Source: an uncultured Chloroflexia bacterium (GTDB taxonomy: Bacteria; Chloroflexota; Limnocylindria; Limnocylindrales; CSP1-4). Taken from it: a stretch of DNA of 64,000 nt. This document shows, in pieces, positions 39,538-51,315 of the stretch; the stretch's first letter is position 1; each line of letters begins with the position of its first letter. The position numbers and the translations under genes were made by a program. The stretch spans positions 5,574-69,573 of the forward strand of contig CAWBHP010000012.1 in assembly GCA_963788685.1 (NCBI GenBank), given 5' to 3'. The notes beneath the pieces are model-generated. The model was given only the letters and a program-made list of their open reading frames with translations. It made no database searches and had not been told where the DNA came from.

Positions 39538-39604
39538 CGTGTCGTCACGCTCCTGTCGCTCCAACCATCAGCCGACAGGCCGTGCCACGGGCCTCGCGGG
39601 CGGT

Positions 39605-39770
39605 TCAGCCCTCGTCGGTCTCTTCCTCGACCGGCTTCGGCTTGCGCGGCTTCCGGATGAGCTCCGCCTGCTGGGGCGGAGGCTCCGAGAGCGACGTCAG
39701 CTTCGGCAGGCCGAGCTTGTCCTTCGGCTTCTTCTTCGACTTCGCGGTGGGGACGATCTCGCGAGCCCAT
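39605..39770 (-). CDS. Small Lys/Pro/Glu-rich hypothetical protein; probable frameshift near 39745
   Basis: MGSRDRPHREV joins KKKPKDKLGLPKLTSLSEPPPQQAELIRKPRKPKPVEEETDEG*; GGAG RBS before ATG 39770. Confidence 0.5.
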
Positions 39771-39812
39771 CCATGCTCCTCCGCGGTGAAACGCAGACTA
39801 CCGATCGGTCCT

Positions 39813-40974
39813 TCACGCGGACTTCTCAGCGACTGCATCGCCGCTTATCCGGCCCGCGCGCACTCGAAGTTCCGACATGTCGGCTGGGAAAGTTCCGGCC
39901 CGGATCGCGGTCCGGATCCTGTCCATGAAGTCTAGGGTGAAGGTGAGGTTGTGACAAGTCGCGAGCCGGTATGCGAGCAGCTCCTTCGCCCGGAACAGAT
40001 GGGCGATGTAGGCCCGCGAGAAGCCCCGACAGAGGATGCACGGGCAATCGGCCTGGACGGGTTCCGGATCGTCGAGGAATCGCTGGTTGCGGAGGTTGAT
40101 TCGGCCGCCCGGGATCCACAGCTGGCCGTTCCGGGCGACCCGGGCCGGAAGGACCGAATCGAACAGGTCCACTCCCCGGTGAACCGCCTCGAGCAGGTCC
40201 GCCGGCGACCCCAGCCCCATGAGGTAGCGCGGCCGCGGATCGCCATCGAGCAGCGGCACGGCGACGTCCAGCGTCGCGTCGCGCTGCTCCGGCGTCTCGT
40301 CGCCGGCCAGCCCGCCGAGGCAGATCCCGTCGAACGGCAGGCTCGCCACGAATCGCGTGCTCTCCGCGCGGAGATCCGGCTCGAGGCCGCCCTGGACGAT
40401 GCCGAACAGCGCCTGGTCGTCTCGCGTGTGGGCGGCGAGCGAGCGCTCCGCCCAGCGATGGGTCCGCTCCGTCGCCTCCGCCACGACGGACCGCGGCGAC
40501 GAGCGGCGTCACCGGCTGATCGAACGCGACCGCGACATCCGACCCGAGCGCCTCCTGGACGGCGATCGCAACCTCCGGCGTGAACCGGTGGAGCGACCCA
40601 TCGAGGTGGCTCCGGAACGTGACTCCCTCGTCGTCGACGACCCGCAGGTCGCCGAGCGACACGACCTGGAAGCCGCCCGAGTCCGTCAGGATCGGCTTGT
40701 CCCAGCCCATGAACTGGTGCAGGCCGCCGAGTCGGGCGATCCGCTCGTGACCGGGCCGGAGGTAGAGGTGGTAGGTGTTCGCCAGGATGATCGACGCGCC
40801 GGTCGCGGCGATGTCTGCGGGATCGAGCGCCTTGACCGTCGCGTTCGTGCCGACGGGCATGAACTGGGGCGTCTCGACGACGCCGTGGGTCAGCTCGAGC
40901 CGGCCGAGGCGGGCGCGGGTCGACCCGTCGGCAGGCGGCGGAACGAGGACCTCGTAGCGTGCGGCGCCAGTCAC
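39813..40974 (-). CDS. tgt: tRNA-guanine transglycosylase; frameshift near 40490
   Basis: [46 protein letters not shown] motifs. Confidence 0.96.
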
Positions 40975-42041
40975 TCCGCGGGGGCGTCCCAGAAACCCGG
41001 CATGTCCGGTTCGCCGCGGCGCGGGGGCGGGATCTCGAACCCGAGCTTGGCGAGGTGGGCGCGTGCCGATTCGGTCGCGATCCGGCCCTGGGGCGTCCGG
41101 TCGAGGAACCCCAGCCGCAGGAGGAACGGCTCGTAGACGTCCTCGATCGTCTCGACCTCCTCCGACAGGACGGCGGCGAGCGCCTGGACGCCAACCGGCC
41201 CCGAGGCGAACTTCTGGATGATCGCGGCCAGCAGCTTGCGGTCCGTGGAATCGAGGCCCTCGTCGTCGATCTCCATCTGGCGCATCGCCGCGGTCGCGGT
41301 CGCCTCGTCGACGCGGCCGTCGCCGTGGACCTGGGCGTGGTCGCGGGTTCGCTTGAGCAGGCGGTTGACGATGCGCGGCGTGCCCCGGCCGCGGGCCGCG
41401 ATCGCTCGCGACGCCGCCGGCTCGATCTCGACGTCGAGAATCCGGGCGGAGCGTTCGACGATCGCGGTCAGGTCGTCCTGCTCGTAGAAGTCGAGCCGGT
41501 ACGTCGCCCCGAAGCGGTCGCGGAGCGGTGAGCTGATTCTCCCCGCCCGGGTCGTGGCCCCGACGACCGTGAACGGCTTCAGGCTGAGGCGGAGGCTCCG
41601 CGCGGACGGACCCTTCCCGATCATCACGTCGAGCGCGTAGTCCTCCATCGCCGGGTAGAGGATCTCCTCGACGGCGCGGTTGAGCCGATGGATCTCGTCG
41701 ATGAAGAGGACGTCGCGCTCGTCGAGCGCGGTGAGGATCGCCGCCAGGTCGCCGGCCCGCTCGATGGCCGGCCCGGACGTGTAGCGGACGTTGACGCCGA
41801 GCTCGCGGGCGATGATCGTCGCGAGGGTCGTCTTGCCGAGGCCGGGCGGGCCGTAGAGGAGGACGTGATCGGCTGCCTCTCCCCTCCCCTTCGCGGCCGA
41901 CAGGAGGACCGACAGGTTCGCCTTGACCTCGCGCTGGCCGATGTACTCGTCGAGCGTTCGGGGCCGCAGGGCGCCTTCGACGATCCGGTCGCCCTCGTCC
42001 ACGAGGTCCGGCGCGAGGATCCGGGAGAGGTCGTCCGTCAT
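40971..42041 (-). CDS. ruvB: Holliday junction branch migration helicase RuvB
   Basis: [40 protein letters not shown]. Confidence 0.99.
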   Translation of the reverse strand: MTDDLSRILAPDLVDEGDRIVEGALRPRTLDEYIGQREVKANLSVLLSAAKGRGEAADHVLLYGPPGLGKTTLATIIARELGVNVRYTSGPAIERAGDLAAILTALDERDVLFIDEIHRLNRAVEEILYPAMEDYALDVMIGKGPSARSLRLSLKPFTVVGATTRAGRISSPLRDRFGATYRLDFYEQDDLTAIVERSARILDVEIEPAASRAIAARGRGTPRIVNRLLKRTRDHAQVHGDGRVDEATATAAMRQMEIDDEGLDSTDRKLLAAIIQKFASGPVGVQALAAVLSEEVETIEDVYEPFLLRLGFLDRTPQGRIATESARAHLAKLGFEIPPPRRGEPDMPGFWDAPAE

Positions 42042-42139
42042 CGGTCGCGAGTGTAGCACGCAGATCAGCCATATAGCACGTCTGTTCGACGCGCTCGAAT
42101 CCCCACCCGCCGCTAGGCATTCCTGTCAGAATGCCTGCC

Positions 42140-42616
42140 ATGCGACTCTCGCGCCGCTCCGAATACGGCCTCCGCGCCCTGACCGACCTGGTCCGCAGCG
42201 GACCGGGCACGACGGTGCCGCTGGGGACTCTCGCCCGGCGCAACAACCTGCCGCCGAAGTTCCTCGAGCAGATCATGGCCCGGCTCAAGCGCGGCGGCAT
42301 CGTCGGGACGACGCTCGGGGCGCACGGCGGCTACGCGATGGCCAGCGATCCGGCGACCATCTCGATCGGCCGGGTGATCCGGCTGCTTGATGGCGCCCTG
42401 GCGCCGCTGCCCTGCGTCAGCCTTCGCTTCTACGAATCGTGCTCGTGTCCGGACCAGGCCACCTGCGCGCTGCGGGACGTGATGCTCGATGTCCGGGATG
42501 CGACGCTCGCGATCCTCGACAAGCAGACGCTGGCCGACCTGGCTGCCCGCGAAGGCCGAGCGTCGATCGATCCGGCCGGACTCCACGCCGAGGCGCTGGC
42601 CGGCCGGCGACCCTGA
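42140..42616 (+). CDS. Rrf2-family transcriptional regulator with a Cys cluster
   Basis: [22 protein letters not shown]....GAHGGY.MA, PLPC...CSC...C. Confidence 0.92.
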   Translation: MRLSRRSEYGLRALTDLVRSGPGTTVPLGTLARRNNLPPKFLEQIMARLKRGGIVGTTLGAHGGYAMASDPATISIGRVIRLLDGALAPLPCVSLRFYESCSCPDQATCALRDVMLDVRDATLAILDKQTLADLAAREGRASIDPAGLHAEALAGRRP

Positions 42617-42632
42617 TTCGGGTGGCTGCCGC

Positions 42633-44258
42633 GTGATCAGGAAGCTCGCGCACGACGGCTTCGCATCCTTCGTCGGCTTCGGCCGCGGCATCTGGCTGTT
42701 CCCGCTCGACACGATGTTCCGGACGGTCGGCCTGCGCTATGGCTGGCTCAAGGCCCTGTTCATCGCGACGCCGGCGCCGCTCCTGCGCGGGATCGGCCGG
42801 CTGCGCGCCGAACGAGCAGCCTGGCGGGCAACCCGCCGGGTGCCGGCCTACGGGCAATACCTCCGCGAGTCCGGCGTCGATGTCGACGGCCTGTTCCCGC
42901 TCGGGAATCCTTCGTCACCTGCCCGAGACCGACAAGCGGAGCTACGTCGACCGATACGGGCTGATCGAGCGGTGCATCGGCGGCGCGGTCCCCTACCCGG
43001 GCACGACGATCGACGAGTCCAGCGGCTCGACGGGAACGCCGTACAACTGGATCCGCGGCCGGAAGGAGCGCGACGTCGCCCATCGCAACATCGGCTTCTT
43101 CGCCCGCTACGCGTTCGGGACCGAGCCGCTCGTCACGATCAACGCCTTCTCGATGGGCGCCTGGGCGGCCGGCTTCAACATGAGCCTCGGGATGATGCGC
43201 CACGGCATCGTCAAGTCGATCGGCCCGGACCTCGACAAGATCCTCTCGACGCTGACGTACCTCGGGCCGACGTACCGCTTCCTGATCTCCGGCTACCCGC
43301 CGTTCCTGAAGCACCTGATCGACGAGGGGTCGACGGCGCGGCTTCCCGTGGGCGGAGTACGAGCTTCACGCGCTCGTCGGCGGCGAGGGCATGACCGAGG
43401 AGCTCCGCGACGTCCTGCTCGCCCGGTTCGACTCCGTCTATTCCGGCTACGGCGCGACCGACATCGAGATCGGGATGGCCGGCGAGTCGCCGGTCGTCGA
43501 TCGCCGTCCGACGGCTGGCTCGGGCGCGGCCCGACATCGGCCTCGCGCTGTTCGGGACGGACTCGCGCCTGCCGATGGTGTTCCAGTACAACCCGCTGAT
43601 CCACTTCATGGAGGTCAACGACGACCGCGAGGTCATCTGCACGGTGTCGCGGCTCGATCTCCTCTCGCCGCGGATCCGCTACAACGTCCACGATTCGGGC
43701 GGGATCGTCGACTTCGGCTCCGTTCGGAAGACGCTCGCCGGGTTCGGCTTCGACCTCGACCGGCTCAACGAGGCCACCGAGGTCCACGGGCCGCGCGGTC
43801 CGCTGCCCTGGGCGCGCCCGATCCCGCTGCCGTTCCTGTGGATCCACGGCCGGCGCGACGCGACGATCAGCGTCATGGGCTCGAACATCTACCCCGAGGA
43901 CATCGAAACCGTCCTCTACCGCGACCCCGACGTCGGCCCGCGGATGCACTCGTTCATGCTGTCGGTCGTCGACGACGCCGACGGGACGCCGCGGCCGTCG
44001 GTCGCGCTGGAGCTCAGCGATCTCGATGGCGTCGACGACGCCTGGCGGGCGGCCGCCGCCGAGCGTCTCCGCGACGGCCTCGAGGCGCTCAACATCGACT
44101 ACCGCTCGTCCCTCGGCGAGTTCCCCGGCGCGATGCTGCCGATCGTGTCGACCCACCCGATCGGCGGCGGCCCGTTCGCCGCCGACGCGGGGCGCATCAA
44201 GCAGCGCCGGATATCTCGGCGCCCTAGTCCCGGAGCAGGCTCCGCAGAGCTGCCTTGA
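42633..44258 (+). CDS. Phenylacetate-CoA ligase / CapK-like adenylate-forming enzyme; frameshifts near 42900, 43340 and 43530
   Basis: ESSGSTG P-loop, YGATD, IRYNVHD.G, GRRDATISVMGSNIYP motifs. Confidence 0.8.
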
Positions 44259-44823
44259 CCCGATCCTCCAGCGTTCCGCCGATCGTCGCGTCGGCCAGGG
44301 CGATGCGGGACGCCTCCCGCGCCTCGGCCAGGGAGTAGCCGAGCGCCTGGAGCGCGGCCACGACCTCGCTCTCCGCGGCACCCGACGCCCGCCGCCGGCC
44401 CCGACGCTGGCCGCGATGCCGGCCGCCGAGACCTTCTCCTTGAGCTCGAAGATGATCCGCTCGGCGAGCTTCTTGCCGATGCCGGGGATCGAGACGAGCA
44501 CGGCCTGGTCCTGGGCCATGATCGCGAGCTGGAGGTCGGCCGTCGGGCGCGAGCCCGACGATCGCGAGGGCGACCTTCGGCCCGACGCCGGTCACGGTCA
44601 GCAGCAGCGTGAAGAACCCCAGCTCCTCGGCCGACCGGAAGCCGTACAGCGCCTGCTGGTCCTCGCGGACGAGGTGGAACGTGTGGAGCTTGAGCGTCGA
44701 GCCGGGCGCCGCGGTCGAGAGGATCGCCGGCGAGGCGAAGACGCGATAGCCGATCCCGCCGACCTCGATGACGAGCGAATCGAACGCGACGGCCCCGACA
44801 CGCCCTTCGACGGAGGCGATCAC
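44224..44823 (-). CDS. ruvA: Holliday junction DNA-binding subunit RuvA; frameshifts
   Basis: [49 protein letters not shown]. Confidence 0.95.
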   Translation of the reverse strand: MIASVEGRVGAVAFDSLVIEVGGIGYRVFASPAILSTAAPGSTLKLHTFHLVREDQQALYGFRSAEELGFFTLLLTVTGVGPKVALAIVGLAPDGRPPARDHGPGPGRARLDPRHRQEARRADHLRAQGEGLGGRHRGQRRGRRRASGAAESEVVAALQALGYSLAEAREASRIALADATIGGTLEDRVKAALRSLLRD

Positions 44824-44842
44824 GATCTGGGCGTGAACGAGG

Positions 44843-45449
44843 TCAGGATGCCGGCCGCTCCGTGGCGCGCTTCTCGCGGGCGAGCGCCTCGCGGACGGCC
44901 CGGTCGTAGGCCGACCCGCCGCGGTCGATCGGGGCATTCGCGCCGCGATCGAGGACGCCGGCCGTCGCTCGGCCCGATCTGGCCCACCCGGTTCGCGATG
45001 CAGACCGCGATCGCGAGCGCGTCCGCCGCATCGTCGGGTCGCGGCACATGGCTCATCCCGAGGACGAGCTGGACCATCCGCTGGACCTGCTCCTTGTCGG
45101 CGGCGCCGTAGCCGGCGATCGCGCTCTTGACCTCGTTCGGCGTCGCCTCCGGACCGGCCGGTCGTGCTGGGCCGCCGCCAGGAGCACGACGCCCCGCGCC
45201 TGCCCGACGGCCATCGCCGTCTGGGCGTTCTTGCTGAAGAAGAGCCGCTCGACGGCGACCACCGCCGGCTGGTGGAGCGAGATCAGCTCGTCGAGCAGCG
45301 TGTGGATCGCCAGCAGCCGCTCCGGCATCGGCAGGTCCGGGCTGGTCTCGAGACAGCCGTAGTCGATCGCTCGAAGCTTTGCCGCCGTTCCGTTCGACGA
45401 TGCCGTAGCCGAGTGCCGCGGTCCCCGGGTCGATCCCGAGGATGATCAC
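44843..45449 (-). CDS. ruvC: Holliday junction resolvase RuvC; frameshifts
   Basis: [34 protein letters not shown]. Confidence 0.93.
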
Positions 45450-46199
45450 CCGGCGACCTCGGCGAATACGTCCTCGGGGATGTCGAAGTTGGCCGTGACC
45501 CGCTGGACGTCCTCGAGATCCTCGAGCATCTCGACGAGGCGCAGCGCCTGGCGCGCCTTCGTCGAATCGAGCTCGACCGTCTGCTTCGCGATCATCGCGT
45601 TCTCGGCCGAGTCGACCGCAATGCCGGCCGCGTCGAGCGCGAGTCGGACGCGCTCCAGGTCGGCCGGGCATCGTGTAGATCTCGATCGTCTCGGGGTCCT
45701 CGGTGTCGACGTCCTCGGCGCCCGCGTCGATCGCGGCCAGGGCGACCTCGTCGGGATCGACCCCGTTGCGTGTGACGGCGATCAGACCGCGCGGCTCGAA
45801 CTGCCAGGCGACGGCCCCCGATCCCGCCAGCTGGCCGCCGGTCTTCGTGAAGATCGAGCGCACCTCTGCCGCGGTCCGGTTGCGGTTGTCGGTCGCTGCC
45901 TCGACGAGGAGGGCAACACCGCCGGGGCCGTAGCCCTCGTAGACGATCTCCTCGAACTGCTCCGCCTCGCCGCCGCCGGTCGCCTTGTCGATCGTCCGCT
46001 TGATGTTGTCGGACGGCATGTTGACCGAGCGGGCCTTCTCGACGGCCAGCCGGAGCCGGTAATTGGCGTCAGGGTCGCCGCCGCCCTGCCGCGCTGCGAC
46101 GCTGATCTCGCGGGCAACTTTCGTGAACAGCGCCCCGCGTTTCGCGTCCGTCACGCCCTTCTGGCGCTTGATCGTGGACCACTTGCAATGACCTGACAT
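45446..46199 (-). CDS. yebC: YebC/PmpR family regulator; frameshift near 45665
   Basis: [39 protein letters not shown]. Confidence 0.96.
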
Positions 46200-46331
46200 C
46201 GCGGGCCGGAGTATAGCCGACTATCATGGCCAGACCGCGGCCGGCCCCTCCCCGCCAGGCCGCACCGAGAGCCCCGATCAGAGCCCCGCCGATCGTCCCG
46301 GCAGCCGCGCAATCGTGAGGTACGACCGTCG

Positions 46332-48427
46332 ATGACGATGAAGAACGTCGACCCCGCACATCTCCGAAGCATCGTCCTGGCAGGCCATGCCGGCGGTGGC
46401 AAGACCACGCTCGCCGAGCATCTCCTGTTCCAGGCCGGTGCGATCCAGCGACTCGGCAAGGTCGACGACGGAACGGCCCATCTCGACTACGAGCCCGAGG
46501 AGCAGAAGCGCCGCGAGTCGCTCAGCCTGGCCGTCGCGACCTTCGAGCACGACAACACGCGGATCACCCTCGTCGACACGCCCGGCTACCCGGACTTCGT
46601 GTCGGAGGTCGTCGAGGGCTTCGCCGCAGCCGACGGGGCGCTGTTCGTCATGGACGCGTCGGCGGCCGGCGTCGAGGCCGGTCTCGAGAACGCGGTCGCG
46701 CATCGGCCGATCCACCGGCCGCGCCGCCTGCTTCTTCATCAACAAGTCGGACCGGGAGAACGCCAACCCGACGGCCGCGCTGGACGCGCTCCGAGCCGCG
46801 TTCGGCAACAAGATCGCGCCGCTCCATCTCGCGATCGGGGCCGGCGAGTCGTTCGAGGGCTACGTCGACCTCGTCCATCGGAAGGCGTGGCGGTTCGACG
46901 GCAAGACCGAGGTCGAGATCCCGATCCCCGAGGAGTTGGCCGACGAGATCGCCAGGCGCCGCGATCAGCTCCTCGAAGCCGCGGCAGAGGCCGACGACGA
47001 CGTCCTGACGAAGTACCTCGAGGGCGAGGAGATCAGCGACGAGGAGCTCGACGCCTGCCTCCACCGCGGCGTGCGCGACTCGATCCTCGCGCCGGTGCTC
47101 GTCGGGAGCGCCGCGAAGGGCATCGGCATGGCGGCGCTGCTCGACGCCTTCATCCGCTACATGCCGACCGCCGCGGAGGAGCCGCCAGTCCCGGCGAAGA
47201 ACGCGAAGTCCGGCGACGAGGTCACGATCACCCCCGATCCGAACGGCCCGCTCGTAGCCCGGGTCTTCAAGACCGCCGCCGACCCGTTCGTCGGCCGGTT
47301 GACCTACCTCCGGGTCCTCTCCGGCACGCTCCACGGCCAGGGCCACGCCTGGAACGCGAACCGCGAAGAGGACGAGCGGATGGGCCAGCTGCTCCTCCTC
47401 CACGGCAAGGACCAGGAGCCGATCGGCGAGCTGCTGGCCGGCGAGATCGGCGCAGTCGCGAAGCTCGCGACGACCGAGACGGGCGACACGCTCTCGACCA
47501 AGGAGCAGCCGATCATCCTGCCGCCGCTCGATTTCCCCCAGCCCACGCTGTCGGTCGCGATCGAACCCCAGACGAAGGCCGACCTCGACAAGATGGGCGC
47601 GGCGCTCCAGCGGATGCTCGAGGAGGAGCCGTCGGCGCGGGTCGAGCGATCGCCGACCGGCGAGCAGCTGCTCGTCGCAACAGGCGAGGCCCACATCGCG
47701 GTCATCGGGGAGCGGCTGAAGCGCAAGTTCGGCGCGGCGATCCAGACGAAGACCCCGAAGGTCCCCTATCGCGAGACGATCCGGGGCACGACCAAGGTCG
47801 AGGGCAAGTACAAGAAGCAGACGGGCGGCCACGGGATGTTCGGGCACGTCTGGCTGGAGATCGAGCCGAACCCGGGCGGCGGCGTCGAGTTCGCCGCGAA
47901 AGTCGTCGGCGGCTCTGTGCCGAAGGGCTTCTTCCCGGGCATCGAGAAGGGCATTCGCGAGGCGGCCTCGGAGGGCGATCCTCGCCGGCTACCCGCTGTC
48001 GGACTTCAAGGCGACGCTGTACGACGGCTCGTTCCACACGGTCGACTCGAACGAGCTGTCGTTCAAGATCGCCGCGTCGATGGCCCTCAAGAAGGGCGTG
48101 ATGGACTGCCGGCCAGGCCTGCTCGAACCGATCATGTCGATCGAGGTCCGGGTCCCCGAGGAGTACATGGGCGACGTCAACCGCGACCTCAACACGAGGC
48201 GGGGTCGGGTCATGGGGATGGACACGCTCGGTGACGGACTGCAGGTCGTCCAGGCCCAGGTGCCCCAGGCGGAGCTGTTCACCTACGCGACGGAGCTGCG
48301 CTCGCTGACGCACGGCCGCGGGACGTTCACGGCGGTCCTCGACCACTACGAGGAAGCGCCGCAGCACGTCGCCGAAAAGGTGATCGAGTCACACAAGAAG
48401 GAGCTGGAAACGGCCGGCGGACACTAG
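46332..48427 (+). CDS. Elongation factor G-like GTPase (EF-G2 / FusA2 type); frameshifts near 46720 and 47980
   Basis: GHAGGGKTT, DTPGYPDF, NKSD, GEAHI, VPYRETI, KKQTGGHG, LLEPIM; switch I reads RRESLS instead of RGITI. Confidence 0.93.
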
Positions 48428-48458
48428 TCGGGCCGCCCGCCGGCTCGAGCCTGTGTTA

Positions 48459-48480
48459 GCGTGTTAGCGCGCTAATACGC
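48459..48480. promoter_or_regulatory. Candidate HisR (TrpR-family) operator palindrome
   Basis: GCGTGTTAGCGCGCTAATACGC is a 22-bp near-perfect palindrome with a TTAG..CTAA core, 17 bp upstream of a TrpR-like gene; an extra half-site TGTGTTAGC precedes it. Confidence 0.55.
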
Positions 48481-48497
48481 TGAGGAGGCTCGCCGTT

Positions 48498-48800
48498 ATG
48501 GCCGACGACTGGAAGACGCCCGATTCGAGCGCCCTGGTCGACGCGCTCCTTCGTCTCGAGACCCGCGACGAGGCCGAACACTTCCTCCGCGACCTCTGCA
48601 CGCTGACCGAGATCCGGGAGATGGCCCAACGCTGGGCCGTTGTCCGGCTCCTCGACGCCGGCCTCCACTACGCCCAGATCAGCCGGGAGACCGGCGCCAG
48701 CACGGCCACGATCACCCGGATCGCTTCGTGGTTGCGGCACGGCGAAGGCGGTTACCGGGCGGCCCTCGATCGGGTCCGAACCTCCACCGAGCGCAACTGA
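48498..48800 (+). CDS. YerC/YecD TrpR-like repressor (probable HisR)
   Basis: FLRDLCTLTEI..MAQRW.V..LL.AG..Y..I..ETGASTATITR...GEGGY; directly upstream of hisC. Confidence 0.92.
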   Translation: MADDWKTPDSSALVDALLRLETRDEAEHFLRDLCTLTEIREMAQRWAVVRLLDAGLHYAQISRETGASTATITRIASWLRHGEGGYRAALDRVRTSTERN

Positions 48801-48803
48801 GCG

Positions 48804-49947
48804 GTGAGCCCGACCCCGGTGACCTTCGCCTCGCCCGACCAGCCCGCCTCCTACAGCTGGGAGGCGACCGACGAGGAAGTCGCGGCTCGCTACAACCTGC
48901 CGATCGAGTCGATCGTTCGGTTCGACCTGAACACGTCGCCGGCGCCGCCGGGGCTCGCCCAGCGGCTGCTCGCCGAGGGCCGATTCGAGGCGCCGCTCTC
49001 GGAGTACCCGCCGTCCGACTACCGCCGGCTCGTCGCGGCGGCGGCGTCGACGTACGGCGTGGCCCCCGAGGAGATCCTTGTGGGTGCGGGCGCCGACGAG
49101 ATCCTCGATCTGATCGGCAAGGCGTTCCTTCCGGCCGGCGGCGAGGCCGTCATCCCGGCGCCGAGCTATGCGATGTATCGCGTCATCACCGAGCAGCGCG
49201 GCGCGCGAGCCGTCAATGTCCCGCGGCTGCCCGCGGAGGCCGGATGGGCGATCGACGGCGACGCGGTTCGCGCGGCCGCCCGAACGGCGCAGGTCGTGTG
49301 GCTCTGCAGCCCGAACAACCCGACCGGCCTCGCCGAGCCGCCGGGTGCGATCGAGGGATTGCTCGATGGCCTGGCCACCGACGCGGCGGCCGACGGCCGC
49401 CAGCCACCGATCGTCGCCCTCGACGAGGCCTACGCGGAATTCACCGGCGACTCGCTTCTCGTCGCCCGCTTGTCGCACCCCAACCTCGTCGTGATCCGGA
49501 CGGCCAGCAAGGCCTATGCGCTGGCTGGGCTGCGGGTCGGCTTCGCGATCGCCCAACCCGCAACGATCGCCCGACTCGCTCCCGTATCGCCCGCCGGGCT
49601 CCGTCTCCACGGTCAGCGTGACGCTCGTCACGGAGGCCCTCCTCGAGCCAACGGCGATGCGGGCCAATGTCGCCCGCGTGGAGGCCGAACGCGAGCGCTT
49701 CGCCAACGCCCTGGCCGGCGTCGGCTGGTCCGTCGGACCGTCCGTCACGAATTTCCTGCTCGCCCGGTTCGACGACCCGACCGCGGCCTCCGCAGCGGCC
49801 AATGCGCTCCTCCGCCGCGGCCTCGTCCCGAGGACGTTCCCGGCGGGTCATCCCCTCGCCGACTCTCTGCGCCTCACGGTCCGAGACCGAGCGGAAGACG
49901 ATCGCCTGATCGCCGCAGCAAGGGAAACCGCCGCGACCGGACCTTAG
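48804..49947 (+). CDS. hisC: Histidinol-phosphate aminotransferase; frameshift near 49590
   Basis: GADEIL, CSPNNPTG, DEAYAEF, RTASKAYALAGLRVG, TNFLL. Confidence 0.9.
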
Positions 49948-51238
49948 CGAACGAGCCGCCCGACGTGCAGCTTGCGCTTGCCGATACGGACCGGCAGCCA
50001 CTCCCCGCCGATCGGCTCCGGGACGGGATCGTCCGGCGAGGCGACACGCACATCCCCGACGGTCAGGCCTCCGCCAGCGATCAGCCGCCGTGCCTCACCG
50101 AGTGAGCCGAACAGCCCGGCATCGACGAGAAGACGGGCGACCCCGCCCTGCCGCTGCTCCGAAGTGAAGTCGAAGCCGCCTGCATCCTCGTGCAACGTCT
50201 GCAGGACGTCGGGATCGACGAGCGGTTTGCCGCGCGAAGGCCGCCTCGGAGGCGGCGATGGCCCGCGCCGTTTCAGCGTCGCCGTGGGTCCGGGTCGTGA
50301 TGTCGTCCGCGAGTGCGCGCTGCGGCGCCACGGCCTTCGGGAGCCGCCTGAGGTCCGCCTCGAGCGCCTCGATCTCGTCGCGCGACTTCAGCGTGAACCA
50401 GCGCAGGTACGTCCCCACGTCCCGGTCGTCGGTGTTGAGCCAGTACTGATAGAAGGCGTATGGCGACGTCCGCTCCGGATCGAGCCAGACCGACTCGCCG
50501 CCCTCGCTCTTGCCGAACTTCGCCCCGCTCGGCGACAGCAGCAGCGGATACGCAACCCCGTGCGCGCGCTCGTCGCCCTCGGCCCCGCCGCCTCGACGCC
50601 GGATCAACTCGAGGCCGGCGGTGATGTTGCCCCACTGGTCGGCCCCGCCCATCTGCATCTCGACTCCCTGGGTCCGATAGAGATGCTCGAAGTCGGCCGC
50701 CTGGAGGAGCATGTAGCTGAACTCGGTGAAGGAGAGCCCGCGATCGAGTCGCGTCTGGACCGAGTCCTTGGCGAGCATGTACGGGATCGTGAAGTGCTTG
50801 CCGGTGTCCCGCAGGAACTCGATCAGGCCCGTCTGCCCGAGCCAATCGAGGTTGTTGACGAGGACCGCCCCGCCGGCACCGGGCGTGAAGTCCAGGAATC
50901 GACCCAGCTGCGAGCGGATCGCCGTGACGTTCGCCTCGAGCGTTTCGGGGTCGAGGAGGTTCCGCTCGGCCGATGTCCCGGACGGGTCCCCGATCATGCC
51001 CGTCCCCCCGCCAAGGAGCGCCACCGGCGTGCCGCCATGGCGCTGGAACTGGAGCAAGCCCGAAGATCGGGACCAGGTGGCCGACATGGAGCGACGGGCC
51101 GCTCGGATCGAAGCCGTTATAGCCTGAGATCGGCCGGCCGCTCGCGAGGCGCGCCGGCAGGCCGGGGGTCGTGGCGTGCAGCATGCCCCGCCATTCGAGT
51201 TCAGGAAGCAGGCCGCCCAGGCCGTCGGGGGCCGTCAC
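49944..51238 (-). CDS. tyrS: Tyrosine-tRNA ligase; frameshifts
   Basis: GFDPSGPSLHVGH (HIGH), GGTGMIGDPSG, SYMLLQAADF, QMGGADQWGNI, KFGKS, C-terminal S4 domain. Confidence 0.97.
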
Positions 51239-51315
51239 ACGCCGCGGAGCCGAGCCGTCTCGACGCCTGAAATGAGGGGGGTCACCACGACCCCTATGCT
51301 ATCGTGCGGCCAGAT

